A stretch of DNA of 64,000 nt, taken from the sequence record PQ724392.1. The stretch is one strand, 5' to 3'. The stretch's first letter is position 1; the number at the start of each line of letters is the position of its first letter. Shown piece after piece: positions 39,590 to 48,942 of this stretch. The notes below the pieces were generated by a model. That model was not told the origin of the DNA, did not search any database, and saw nothing but the letters and a program-made list of their open reading frames with translations. The translations under genes and the position numbers were made by a program. The stretch comes from a phage.

Positions 39590-40336
39590 ATGATTTTATC
39601 CGGAAGAACTGTTGATGAACTCAATGAAAAAGTCCAGGCTGCCTTGGCTAATAATTGGTATTTGTTTGGTTCTACTATGGTGTTGCCGAATACTCCTACG
39701 GATAGCAAAGAGCGTTTTTTCCAAACTATGTCCAGCTCGGAAACTCAGATACCGGGCCCGCCTGGTCCAAAAGGAGACCCGGGTGTACCAGGACCAAAAG
39801 GAGACCCAGGCGGGGATGGAAAGTCTTCTTATCAGATATGGCTTGACTTGGGAAATACAGGAACTGTTGATGATTTTTTAACTGATACAGCAGGAAAGAG
39901 GGAAAAATCCGAGGTGTTTTGGAGTGGTATAAACGTTCTATTAACTAATGGTGTGACTTCAAACATAATTAGTATTTTAAAGGGGATTCCGCCGACTGCA
40001 GGGACTCTATCTCCGTTTTTTAGAACCACTGATGATAAGTTGTGGCCATATAACCAAGACAGAAGCCTAATGTTTAAACTCAACCTTATTGGTAATTTTA
40101 CAGGAGCCTCGCAAGCTCGAAGTATAACATTAAATTTCGTTGGAACCAACGGAAACACTTATATACAGAATCGTCCGGAAAATGCTACAGATATTTTGTC
40201 TTTTACAACGTTCTTTAGCATTGATAAAGATGGGGCAATGGCAACCAATGGTACAGCTATAACTGTTATGCCAAATGGCGGCAACTTTACAATAACCTCT
40301 GCATTGTTAGTAGCCGAACAAACAGTGACTTCATAA
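39590..40336 (+). CDS. collagen-like repeat protein with C-terminal globular domain, plus-strand
   Basis: ATG 39590 preceded by AAGGAGAAAG; eight G-X-Y triplets (GPPGPKGDPGVPGPKGDPGGDGKS); followed by hairpin + T-tract; only sizeable gene antisense to its neighbours. Confidence 0.6.
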   Translation: MILSGRTVDELNEKVQAALANNWYLFGSTMVLPNTPTDSKERFFQTMSSSETQIPGPPGPKGDPGVPGPKGDPGGDGKSSYQIWLDLGNTGTVDDFLTDTAGKREKSEVFWSGINVLLTNGVTSNIISILKGIPPTAGTLSPFFRTTDDKLWPYNQDRSLMFKLNLIGNFTGASQARSITLNFVGTNGNTYIQNRPENATDILSFTTFFSIDKDGAMATNGTAITVMPNGGNFTITSALLVAEQTVTS

Positions 40337-40345
40337 ACAAAAAAA

Positions 40346-40365
40346 GGGCCAGATGGCCCTTAGAT
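40346..40365 (+). terminator. stem-loop terminator of the collagen-like gene
   Basis: GGGCC-agat-GGCCC followed by TTAGATT, 10 nt after stop codon. Confidence 0.5.
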
Positions 40366-40602
40366 TGCACTCCAAAAATTATGGAATCTTATAGTATTGA
40401 TAGCCCAGTTAACAAACCTGCGAGTTTGCTTGGGAGTTGGTTTGCATGTGTACTTGATATTGACCCGACGACCAGTTTCCCGACAGACTGCTTCGAGATA
40501 CCAGCGTCGACCTTTATTAGGTCTTCCGTATGATAAGAAGACCTTCATTTCTTCATTAACGATAATAGGAATTGTGGTTGTCAAGATATACCTCTTCAAC
40601 AA
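40360..40602 (-). CDS. small basic protein (start uncertain)
   Basis: 80-aa ORF overlapping the nucleotidyltransferase 3' end; internal Met would remove the overlap. Confidence 0.3.
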   Translation of the reverse strand: MLKRYILTTTIPIIVNEEMKVFLSYGRPNKGRRWYLEAVCRETGRRVNIKYTCKPTPKQTRRFVNWAINTIRFHNFWSAI

Positions 40603-41566
40603 ACTTGTCCCAGAACTTCATGTCCACCTTCGCAGGCATACCGTTCTTAGCAGCCTGGATGGCCAGGACTTCAACTTCATCAACAGTATTTTCCAACAGG
40701 CCTTGAACTACTTTGAAAGGCATATCACCAGCTTTTATTGCTTTAATAATAGAAGCGTTTTTGAGCGGATAAACCAGGTCACCAGTTTGATAGATTTCCT
40801 TCAGCTGATATCCAGCTCGATAAGCATGGCTCAGAGCTTTCCAGTCAATACCTTCATTCGCTTCAGCCTTACGAGCACGTTCACCATATTCGGCATCAAG
40901 TTTATTCAGAGATTGCTTGAGCTCGATTAATGACAAAGTAGTTTGGTATTTACGACCGAGAATAGTATAGAACGTTTGAGGACCTGTTTTCTCATGGTTA
41001 TGAAATATCCATTCACAGAACTCGTTTTCAGGGAGTCTGTGTTTGATATCTTCTACCTTAGTACGTCGTTGCTTAGTAGAACCATCTTCTTGATAATCGA
41101 CCCATTGTTCAGGAATCTGGTTAACAATTTCCAATACACCACGCAGTGCAGCCAATCGAGAACCTTTAACACCATATTTGGAAGCTTGCTTACGGACGTA
41201 CCCCAAATAGGCTTTCATGTTAGTTGTATAGAACCGTGAACGGTTGTCCTGAATAAACTTCCATACATCTGGTAAATCGGATTTGACTACCAGGTCAGCC
41301 GGGGTGTGAATCATATCCAGAGCAACGGTTTCGCCATCGGCCGCCAGTTTAAAGAAATATTTCAGACTATAAAGTTCATGGTCAACATCATCTTTTGTAT
41401 TTTTGGTAGCCGTGTTATTCGTGTTCAGGTTTGTATGATTCATCGCGGTTCCGAGCAGGATATCTCGCGGATGTGGAACAAAGATTTCTTTAAAATCGAC
41501 ATCAGATTCTGGGGTACTTGTTCCATAAAGATGGCTACCGAAGTAGCCTTTCATAACTGTTCTCAT
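40556..41566 (-). CDS. Pol-beta superfamily nucleotidyltransferase-like protein
   Basis: 336 aa; N-terminal GSHLYGTSTPESDVDF fits GS-x9-SD-x-D NTase signature, followed by DDVDH; ATG overlaps stop of upstream membrane ORF. Confidence 0.5.
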   Translation of the reverse strand: MRTVMKGYFGSHLYGTSTPESDVDFKEIFVPHPRDILLGTAMNHTNLNTNNTATKNTKDDVDHELYSLKYFFKLAADGETVALDMIHTPADLVVKSDLPDVWKFIQDNRSRFYTTNMKAYLGYVRKQASKYGVKGSRLAALRGVLEIVNQIPEQWVDYQEDGSTKQRRTKVEDIKHRLPENEFCEWIFHNHEKTGPQTFYTILGRKYQTTLSLIELKQSLNKLDAEYGERARKAEANEGIDWKALSHAYRAGYQLKEIYQTGDLVYPLKNASIIKAIKAGDMPFKVVQGLLENTVDEVEVLAIQAAKNGMPAKVDMKFWDKFVEEVYLDNHNSYYR

Positions 41567-42015
41567 TTCTTCGCCTCAAAATGGATTACTGGGCACATCT
41601 TAGATTTACGAGCTTTGATATATTGAATGAAAACATTTTCTTTAATTTCCTTTCCTTCACGTTTAGCTTTAATGCGTTCCCATTCTTTTTCTTCTTTACG
41701 TAAATCGTACCAGGCCCATAAATTCATTAGACCATACATTAGACCAAATGCTACCGTCAGAATAAGAGCCAGTGTAGCTAGTCCTAAAATAAACCCTAAA
41801 CCTAAACCGACCGGGGTGCTTAATACAAAGAAATGCTCTAATACACCTGCGCCCGCGACAGTTAATCCAAAAACCATACTACCGATAAAAACGGCACAAA
41901 CAAAACAAGCCCAAACCATTTTCCAGAAATAAGCACACAAAGAGTGTGGACGAGAATGACGGTCATAAAAACGGTCGTGGAAACGAGCGTGCCATGAGTT
42001 TGTATTGATAATCAT
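41563..42015 (-). CDS. multi-pass membrane protein, translationally coupled to NTase
   Basis: 150 aa; 3-4 hydrophobic helices; Lys/Glu-rich C-terminal tail; ATGA overlap with downstream gene. Confidence 0.45.
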   Translation of the reverse strand: MIINTNSWHARFHDRFYDRHSRPHSLCAYFWKMVWACFVCAVFIGSMVFGLTVAGAGVLEHFFVLSTPVGLGLGFILGLATLALILTVAFGLMYGLMNLWAWYDLRKEEKEWERIKAKREGKEIKENVFIQYIKARKSKMCPVIHFEAKK

Positions 42016-42026
42016 AATAATTTTCC

Positions 42027-42587
42027 TTAAGAGTTCATAGTTGGGATAACAGAGTTCAGATAAGAGACTAAAACTTTTAGCTCGTCCTTAGTAAATACCA
42101 CTTCACTTTCGCCGTCATGTCTTTGGACAATAGATAACAGGTCACGGCCGTTATGTTGATGCACAGTTAATTCAGTATTATAATCTAGTTCTTCTTCATC
42201 GCCTTCAAACGTTTCACTAGAGCGAATCAGTGCATCTTGTCCCGGAACTTTCCATTCAACTTCCGGTTTACATTCTTCCTGGAAGAGTTTGAAAATACAA
42301 TCAAAGAATTTATCAGAATCGCTAATGCTCAGGCATTCTATACCATTTTCCAGATTAAACCCATTTTCATTTTTATAGATATAAGCGTATAGCTCATCGT
42401 TAATATCGACAGGAGCACTGTTACGTCCATTGAGATAGTCAGCTCTATCCAAAACCATTAAATCATAAAGTGGTTTAATATCTTGGATAGTCAGTACGAT
42501 TTTATCGTCTTCTTGACAAAGCTCAATTGCGTTATTAACCACTTCAGCAGTCAGTTCGCCAAACAATTCAGTTGTTTCAATAATCAT
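42027..42587 (-). CDS. strongly acidic hypothetical protein
   Basis: 186-aa ORF with large excess of Asp/Glu over Lys/Arg. Confidence 0.45.
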   Translation of the reverse strand: MIIETTELFGELTAEVVNNAIELCQEDDKIVLTIQDIKPLYDLMVLDRADYLNGRNSAPVDINDELYAYIYKNENGFNLENGIECLSISDSDKFFDCIFKLFQEECKPEVEWKVPGQDALIRSSETFEGDEEELDYNTELTVHQHNGRDLLSIVQRHDGESEVVFTKDELKVLVSYLNSVIPTMNS

Positions 42588-42597
42588 TTTCTGTTCC

Positions 42598-42882
42598 TCA
42601 ACGGTTATGTTTTAAAATACTATAAAGCGCTTCTACTTGGCTTGCATCCAGGTAAATAACATCATCATCTTGCTCAATGGAAATCCCACCGGTATTACCT
42701 TTAACAAAATTACATTCGCATACTTCAACTGGGCGGTATACGTCACCAACTGGATGCTCAGGCTCCAGAACAATCACACCATTTTCAGAATTACCGCTTG
42801 GGTCATATAACATTACATTTTCCTCACTAACCACGAAAAGAATAAACCGATTAAAATAGGACCTATAATCATTGTTGACCAA
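42598..42882 (-). CDS. hypothetical protein
   Basis: 94-aa ORF co-oriented. Confidence 0.35.
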   Translation of the reverse strand: MVNNDYRSYFNRFILFVVSEENVMLYDPSGNSENGVIVLEPEHPVGDVYRPVEVCECNFVKGNTGGISIEQDDDVIYLDASQVEALYSILKHNR

Positions 42883-42904
42883 GCCCAGGGTTCTAAGTAA
42901 TAAA

Positions 42905-43162
42905 TCATCTCATGCTCCTGTGCCAACAATTTCTTGGTTCACGTTTAAAAATTTCATCATGCATTGATTGACAACCAACACAATATATCACACCTTTAAT
43001 CGCTTGTCTCCGCGCTTCAGGAATTTTTTCGTCGCAGTCAAAACAGAATTCAGCAGACTCCCTTTCAACTGCAACTTGTGCTCGTGCGTGAACGATAGCG
43101 GCTTGGACAACCGCTTCCATCTCTAACTGTTCAGCACCATCTTTTGTAAATCCAACAGCCAT
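42905..43162 (-). CDS. zinc-ribbon protein
   Basis: 85 aa with CFDC ... CVGC pairs. Confidence 0.4.
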   Translation of the reverse strand: MAVGFTKDGAEQLEMEAVVQAAIVHARAQVAVERESAEFCFDCDEKIPEARRQAIKGVIYCVGCQSMHDEIFKREPRNCWHRSMR

Positions 43163-43344
43163 TATGCTTTCAACTCATTCAGATACTCAACCATGGCTGC
43201 TTTAGAGTTAGCCAAATCTCGTTTACACTGCTCTATTCCGGAATATGAATAGCCTTCACAATGTTCGACTGCAATATCATAAGAATCGCGTTCAATAGCA
43301 GTAGCAAGTTTAAGGATTTTTTCAATCTGTTCAGTAGTTAACAT
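43162..43344 (-). CDS. hypothetical protein
   Basis: 60-aa ORF co-oriented. Confidence 0.35.
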   Translation of the reverse strand: MLTTEQIEKILKLATAIERDSYDIAVEHCEGYSYSGIEQCKRDLANSKAAMVEYLNELKA

Positions 43345-43348
43345 AATA

Positions 43349-43585
43349 TCACCAGTATTTTTTGATGGTAGAAATTAATTCTTGAGCTTGAGTGGTCTTC
43401 AGCTTACACCCACAACCCTTTAAGGTATCTTTAAGGAGCCATGGCTCCTTGAGCTCGTCCTTTTCCAGTCGGATTCTATATCCGCGGTAATCAGCAAATA
43501 TGCTTCCGTCATCAAATATCTTAATTTCAAGAATATGATTATTGGTTTCATATTCTAATGAAACCATGGTATTTGTAAGTTTCAT
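43349..43585 (-). CDS. hypothetical protein
   Basis: Start moved to internal Met (MKLTNTMVSL...) adjoining upstream stop. Confidence 0.35.
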   Translation of the reverse strand: MKLTNTMVSLEYETNNHILEIKIFDDGSIFADYRGYRIRLEKDELKEPWLLKDTLKGCGCKLKTTQAQELISTIKKYW

Positions 43586-43791
43586 TATTCCACCACATAT
43601 GATAATGAGAAAATTGCCGATGAAAGATGAGTAGCATCTTCTTCGCACAGTTCAAATGGAGCTTTCTGTAAGAGTTCAACCACTTCTTCATCAGTGGCAC
43701 TGTCCATAAAGATTGCATAATCATTAAGATAGATAACAACCTCATCACCAGTATTAACTGCATCAATCTTGATATTTTTAATTCTCATCAT
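43585..43791 (-). CDS. hypothetical protein
   Basis: 68-aa ORF directly downstream of promoter cassette. Confidence 0.4.
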   Translation of the reverse strand: MMRIKNIKIDAVNTGDEVVIYLNDYAIFMDSATDEEVVELLQKAPFELCEEDATHLSSAIFSLSYVVE

Positions 43792-43850
43792 GTTCTCCTC
43801 AGTAGTTGATGGGATAATAGTACACCCTTTTTATGAGGATGTAAACCCCC
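43792..43850 (-). promoter_or_regulatory. early promoter cassette (-35 GTTTAC, -10 TACTAT, conserved leader)
   Basis: GTTTAC-N18-TACTAT then TATCCCATCAACTACTGAGGAGAAC before ATG. Confidence 0.5.
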
Positions 43851-43889
43851 TAAATGAAAAAAGGTCCACCCGAAGGCAGACCTTTTGAA

Positions 43890-44273
43890 TTACTCTAGTG
43901 TTAACAGATACTTAGTCTGAAAGAAAACTCCAACGATATCGTCCAGAGTCGATTGAATAGCCTTAGGTACAACTTTATAGACTCTTTCCGAGCTTTTAAT
44001 CATTTCATCTAAAAACAAAATTGTATCTTTCGGCAAGTCCGAGGCGGACGGTAATGCAGCTTTGTATTGTTTCCCGCTGTAACCTAACCATTGCTCACTG
44101 AACTGGTCGAGTGGACCTTGGATTTCTGTGAAGTAGAAATCATAAGCTTTATGGCGGGCGTAACTTTTGGTTTCAAGATGGGCAGATTTAAAATAAGCCA
44201 AAGAGACTAACAACCACCCAATATATGAATCCACCTCAGACCCACGACCCGTTACGAAATCATCAAATTTCAT
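43890..44273 (-). CDS. hypothetical protein (rI.-1 position)
   Basis: 127-aa ORF immediately downstream of rI. Confidence 0.4.
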   Translation of the reverse strand: MKFDDFVTGRGSEVDSYIGWLLVSLAYFKSAHLETKSYARHKAYDFYFTEIQGPLDQFSEQWLGYSGKQYKAALPSASDLPKDTILFLDEMIKSSERVYKVVPKAIQSTLDDIVGVFFQTKYLLTLE

Positions 44274-44604
44274 CTTCCAATTTTACCTTCATTAATTTAG
44301 CGTATTCGACTGCAGCAGCACGGCCATCAATTTGACATGTGATTTCATTTACACATTGGCTCTTATTGTTCCATTCAGTTTTAATAAAAGCCCAAAATTG
44401 TTCGGACTGCTCGACGCTTGGTTCTTTGAATTGCGAATAGATTTGCATCGCACTATCTGCATACTGGGTAAATTTACCATCTGTCGCAGAGGACATATTT
44501 GGGCCTAAACAGCCCATTAGTAATAGACTTAGAGAAAGTCCTCGAATAAGGTCCATAAAGGACTCCTTATTGTTGGTCATGATTACGCTTTGCAGCCTTA
44601 ACAT
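44263..44604 (-). CDS. rI: lysis inhibition regulator RI
   Basis: Signal-anchor then SVEQSEQFWAFIKTEW ... EYAKLMKVKLEDE, matching remembered T4 RI C-terminal half; start likely internal Met. Confidence 0.7.
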   Translation of the reverse strand: MLRLQSVIMTNNKESFMDLIRGLSLSLLLMGCLGPNMSSATDGKFTQYADSAMQIYSQFKEPSVEQSEQFWAFIKTEWNNKSQCVNEITCQIDGRAAAVEYAKLMKVKLEDEI

Positions 44605-44630
44605 AGCGGAATACTAGTTAGTAACTGTAT

Positions 44631-44906
44631 TTATAATCTTTTAAATTTGAAACAATACATTGCAAATAAATCAGAAAAATGTCTATCAACCCATATTCTT
44701 TGCACTGGACTAGTCACAGTCAGCATATAATGTGATTTTTGTAAATTTATTCCATTTTTATTCGGGCATTCTTTATTAACAGAATGGTACGTGCTTGCTA
44801 CTATTTCAATTTCCCTTTCATATCTCTCGCTATCTGTTTGTGTGGGAATAAATGCAATTCCAGCAATAACAAAAATAGAGATATACGTCCAAACCTTGTA
44901 TACCAT
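44631..44906 (-). CDS. small membrane protein
   Basis: 91 aa with N-terminal hydrophobic helix; between tk and rI. Confidence 0.4.
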   Translation of the reverse strand: MVYKVWTYISIFVIAGIAFIPTQTDSERYEREIEIVASTYHSVNKECPNKNGINLQKSHYMLTVTSPVQRIWVDRHFSDLFAMYCFKFKRL

Positions 44907-44913
44907 GCGAACC

Positions 44914-45486
44914 TCAGCTTGTTAATTCGAGCCAATGTTTTCTGCATAAAGATACGTACGATTCATTCCCACCGACTAACACTTGCTCGCCGTCCTTTAC
45001 AGCAGCACCGTCGATTACTCTCGCGGTCATGGTTGCTTTCCGGCCGCAATGACAGACGCCCTTTAATTCAACCAGTTTATCCGAAATAGCCAGAAGTCTG
45101 GCTGAACCGGGAAATAATTGACCCCGAAAATCTGTTCTTAACCCGTAACACATAACGGGGATATTGTAATTATCAACCACTTGAGCTAACTGGTCAATTT
45201 GCTCTGGTAACAAAAATTGAGCTTCATCGACCAGGACGCAATGGATATCCTTTTGAGACTCGGCCCATTTATAGAATTCAAACAGGTTCATGTCGGCCGT
45301 TACCAGGTTTGCTTCCTGGCTAATACCAATACGTGATTTAATTTCAGATTCCGAGTCCCGATTATCAATAACAGGTTTTAGCAAAAGCACACTCATTCCA
45401 CGCTCTTTATAGGAATAAGCTGCAGTCAGCAATGAAGCTGTTTTGCCTGCATTCATTGCTGCGTAATGATAAATTAAACTCGCCAT
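44914..45486 (-). CDS. tk: thymidine kinase
   Basis: 190 aa; MASLIYHYAAMNAGKTASLL P-loop; extended match to remembered T4 Tk. Confidence 0.9.
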   Translation of the reverse strand: MASLIYHYAAMNAGKTASLLTAAYSYKERGMSVLLLKPVIDNRDSESEIKSRIGISQEANLVTADMNLFEFYKWAESQKDIHCVLVDEAQFLLPEQIDQLAQVVDNYNIPVMCYGLRTDFRGQLFPGSARLLAISDKLVELKGVCHCGRKATMTARVIDGAAVKDGEQVLVGGNESYVSLCRKHWLELTS

Positions 45487-45495
45487 ATCACCTTC

Positions 45496-45681
45496 TTAAA
45501 GCGTATTCACATAAGCTATTAATTCGTTTTCTTTCGCATCAAATCGATTAGCAAATTCTTCCTGATGTTCGGCATCTATCGGACCATATTCATCGTAAAA
45601 AGCGTTTGCTTCTGTATGCTCATCCAAAAGCTCATGGATAAGCTCAAACAATCTACTTTTCTGACTAATACTTAAACTCAT
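45496..45681 (-). CDS. hypothetical protein
   Basis: 61-aa ORF co-oriented. Confidence 0.35.
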   Translation of the reverse strand: MSLSISQKSRLFELIHELLDEHTEANAFYDEYGPIDAEHQEEFANRFDAKENELIAYVNTL

Positions 45682-45884
45682 TTCGGTTCACCATATCGCA
45701 CAAATTTAGGATGTTCGCAATAACCAGAATGAAAACCTTCACCCTTATGATTAGAACATCCTTTATTAGAACAGTACCACCAGTAATCAAATTCACATTC
45801 CATTTCGTCGTTGCATAAAGCTGCGATTACTGGCCATTCGCATTTTTCACATTTGGCCGTTTTAAGAATTCGGGCTTGGCTCAT
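45678..45884 (-). CDS. Cys-rich small protein
   Basis: 68 aa with multiple CxxC pairs. Confidence 0.4.
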   Translation of the reverse strand: MSQARILKTAKCEKCEWPVIAALCNDEMECEFDYWWYCSNKGCSNHKGEGFHSGYCEHPKFVRYGEPK

Positions 45885-46078
45885 AATTCAATTCCGTCCA
45901 TAGCCAAAATTCTTTTTCGTTGGGCCTTGAGAGCTTCATTAGCCCGGTCATAATCTTCTTGACTACCGCTAGGCTGTAAAGCCGCTACTTTTTTGGCCAA
46001 GTGAATAAGCTTATCCAAGTTTTCAACAATACGTTCTTGTTCTTCATTCAGGCTCATAACCATTGCACCTTTAAGCAA
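45881..46078 (-). CDS. hypothetical protein
   Basis: 65-aa ORF co-oriented. Confidence 0.35.
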   Translation of the reverse strand: MLKGAMVMSLNEEQERIVENLDKLIHLAKKVAALQPSGSQEDYDRANEALKAQRKRILAMDGIEL

Positions 46079-46266
46079 TATTCTTCTACATGCTGTTTAC
46101 GTTTATTTTTATCTATAAAAGTATATTCAACAAATGTTCCAATATAGTCTTTATCTACATCATGTGGACTATTAATTGGGCATTTAGTACGGCAAATGCG
46201 TTCCCATTGACGAATAATTTCCACCTTGTTTTTAGGGTCAAACGGATGCGGGTAATGTGCTTTCAT
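46054..46266 (-). CDS. hypothetical protein
   Basis: 70-aa ORF co-oriented. Confidence 0.35.
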   Translation of the reverse strand: MKAHYPHPFDPKNKVEIIRQWERICRTKCPINSPHDVDKDYIGTFVEYTFIDKNKRKQHVEEYCLKVQWL

Positions 46267-46717
46267 AATCCACCACTATTAAATCAATATCAGGAGTAAA
46301 CATGTCGATTAATTTAGAAACCTTTTCCCAATCTCCACCTGCAATACCACAACCAATGCGAGGAATGTAAATTACCGGTTTAAACAAAAGGGTTTCTGCT
46401 TGTAGATTTAATTCTATCATACAATTTACTAAAGCACCATAATCAAGATTAGGGCCCGGTTCATATTGGGTGTACAAATTATAACACATACCAAACCCAG
46501 TAGGTTTATGTTTAAAAACAATAGACATATCGCCTAATTTATCACGAGAACCATATTCAGTGGTGGTTTTATCTATTTCTAAAACTTTTGGATAGGCCTT
46601 CGCCAACTGTCCAGCTACACCAGAACCCATTGTGTGAAAGCAGTTGCAACCATGAGCAATAATATTGCCTTGAAGAAAGAGGGCGACGATATCGCCCTTA
46701 ATATACTGGGTAATCAT
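46238..46717 (-). CDS. macro-domain protein (ADP-ribose binding/processing fold)
   Basis: 159 aa; HGCNCFHTMGSGVAGQ and PRIGCGIAGG match the two glycine-rich macro-domain loops; ATGA overlap with upstream gene. Confidence 0.6.
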   Translation of the reverse strand: MITQYIKGDIVALFLQGNIIAHGCNCFHTMGSGVAGQLAKAYPKVLEIDKTTTEYGSRDKLGDMSIVFKHKPTGFGMCYNLYTQYEPGPNLDYGALVNCMIELNLQAETLLFKPVIYIPRIGCGIAGGDWEKVSKLIDMFTPDIDLIVVDYESTLPASV

Positions 46718-47073
46718 TTAGAGTTCAATCCTCTATTATATGAATCCACTAACCTGTCAACCATACTGGTGCAGGCCGCCTTATATTTTGCACTTGAAAG
46801 AATGCAATCCATTTCAAATAATTTCTTTTCATATTTGTTGGATAATACATTCTTTTTCAAAAGTGTATGTTCAACATCATTTTGGCCATCTTTATATGCC
46901 GCGGTGAGCTTGGCACTGAACTGGATTATACAATCCACATTGCTTGCTGCGCAATAATCTTTGGCCGTCCTCGTTGCATATTCTATGATGCTGTTGTTGT
47001 CGTCGCTCTGTACTGAAGCTATTCCTCCCGTGCTGAATACTAACCCTATGGCTAAAGTGATAACTCTTACCAT
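46714..47073 (-). CDS. secreted/periplasmic protein
   Basis: 119 aa with N-terminal signal peptide. Confidence 0.4.
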   Translation of the reverse strand: MVRVITLAIGLVFSTGGIASVQSDDNNSIIEYATRTAKDYCAASNVDCIIQFSAKLTAAYKDGQNDVEHTLLKKNVLSNKYEKKLFEMDCILSSAKYKAACTSMVDRLVDSYNRGLNSK

Positions 47074-47075
47074 TT

Positions 47076-47618
47076 TTAATCCACCGTTTTTAATAGGCCT
47101 CGTGATTTTAAGTAGTTAGCTTTTTCTAGGACCTGTGAAGCATACGTATTACCAGCTTTCACATTCCATCCTGCGTTATATGATGATAGTGTTTTCCTTA
47201 TATCCCCCTTATGAATATTCAACCAGTATGAAAGCTCAATGTAAGCCCAGCGTGCACTGTTCTCTCTCTTGCTTATCATCTTGATTATTTCTTTATCTGT
47301 CATTGTCCACCCAACCTGTTTCACGCGTTCGCGCACGGTTGGAAGATAATTTTGGAATATACCATATGCATGATGCTTATCTTTATTTAATCCAGTATTA
47401 ATCCCAGCAGAACTCTCCTGCCAGGTTAAACCAGCCATGATATATCCCAAACCATTATGTTGGTGCGGATTTTCTTTGTACTTACCATTTTTCTGGAACT
47501 GTTCTCCAAACGCATAAGCATATTGGAGGTTTTCCATTTGTTCATTACTGAAAGTAGGCTCTACGCTATGGGCAGACATACTAACTGTCAATAGTAAGGT
47601 GGCGATTACTTTTTTCAT
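47076..47618 (-). CDS. secreted lytic transglycosylase-like protein
   Basis: 180 aa; signal peptide; TWQESSAG ... AYGIFQ resembles SLT catalytic Glu-Ser and GLMQ-like motifs. Confidence 0.4.
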   Translation of the reverse strand: MKKVIATLLLTVSMSAHSVEPTFSNEQMENLQYAYAFGEQFQKNGKYKENPHQHNGLGYIMAGLTWQESSAGINTGLNKDKHHAYGIFQNYLPTVRERVKQVGWTMTDKEIIKMISKRENSARWAYIELSYWLNIHKGDIRKTLSSYNAGWNVKAGNTYASQVLEKANYLKSRGLLKTVD

Positions 47619-47628
47619 GAATTCCCCA

Positions 47629-48087
47629 TTAGATATAAATCACTTTTGTGCTAATTTTTCCTTCCAGACGATTAGAGTTAACAAACGCCATACGACAACA
47701 CATGGTCGGAGACTTCCCAGGAATAGCGGGGTTAACTGTCATTCCTAACCACAGGTTCTTGTCTGTAATTTCCAGACGAAGTGGACGGTAGTTCACATTC
47801 GGGTCAATTTGTGCTTCAACTTCCGGGAGTGGTTTCATCTCCAAGAATTCAACGATTTCTTTTACATGTGGTGTGATTTTTCCAAACAAGTCAAAAACAT
47901 ATTGTTCATCAATTTCACGTTGGATTGCACGGTCCAACAGATGTGGACTGTACTTAATGAAGAATGCCTCAAGGCCTGCTTCTTTACAAGCCTTGTTGAT
48001 AGCATTATTAATTTTGAGGAACTCCGTTTCAAAAATGCGACGAAGTTTATTGCGGCGAATGTAAACACTTGAATCGATAGTAGTCAT
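47629..48087 (-). CDS. regB: endoribonuclease RegB
   Basis: Start set at ATG 48087 (MTTIDSSVYIRRNKLRRIFETEF...), 152 aa; matches remembered T4 RegB; promoter cassette lies inside the longer ORF-track frame. Confidence 0.7.
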   Translation of the reverse strand: MTTIDSSVYIRRNKLRRIFETEFLKINNAINKACKEAGLEAFFIKYSPHLLDRAIQREIDEQYVFDLFGKITPHVKEIVEFLEMKPLPEVEAQIDPNVNYRPLRLEITDKNLWLGMTVNPAIPGKSPTMCCRMAFVNSNRLEGKISTKVIYI

Positions 48088-48143
48088 AATTATCTCCTTT
48101 TGTTTGATGGGATAATCATAACTCATTTCAATCTGCTTGTACA

Positions 48144-48144
<1 letters not shown>
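48088..48144 (-). promoter_or_regulatory. early promoter cassette (-35 GTGTAC, -10 TATGAT)
   Basis: GTGTAC-N18-TATGAT then TATCCCATCAAACAAAAGGAGATAATT before regB ATG. Confidence 0.5.
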
Positions 48145-48723
<579 letters not shown>

Positions 48724-48727
<4 letters not shown>

Positions 48728-48942
48728 TTCACTTCCTCATCAGATGCATTATCATATTCTACCAAACGAAGGCCATCATATCCGCCACGAACAGAGATAT
48801 ATGTACTCGGATAAACAATTTCTTTACCATTCCATTGGCCACCGTCCCAACATTCCATAAAGCCTTGTTCGCCCTGTTCGTGGAACCAGTCAACAAACAT
48901 CTTCAGAGCTTCTTCAGAACCTTCAATAGTCAATTTAGACAT
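48724..48942 (-). CDS. hypothetical protein
   Basis: 72-aa ORF co-oriented. Confidence 0.35.
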
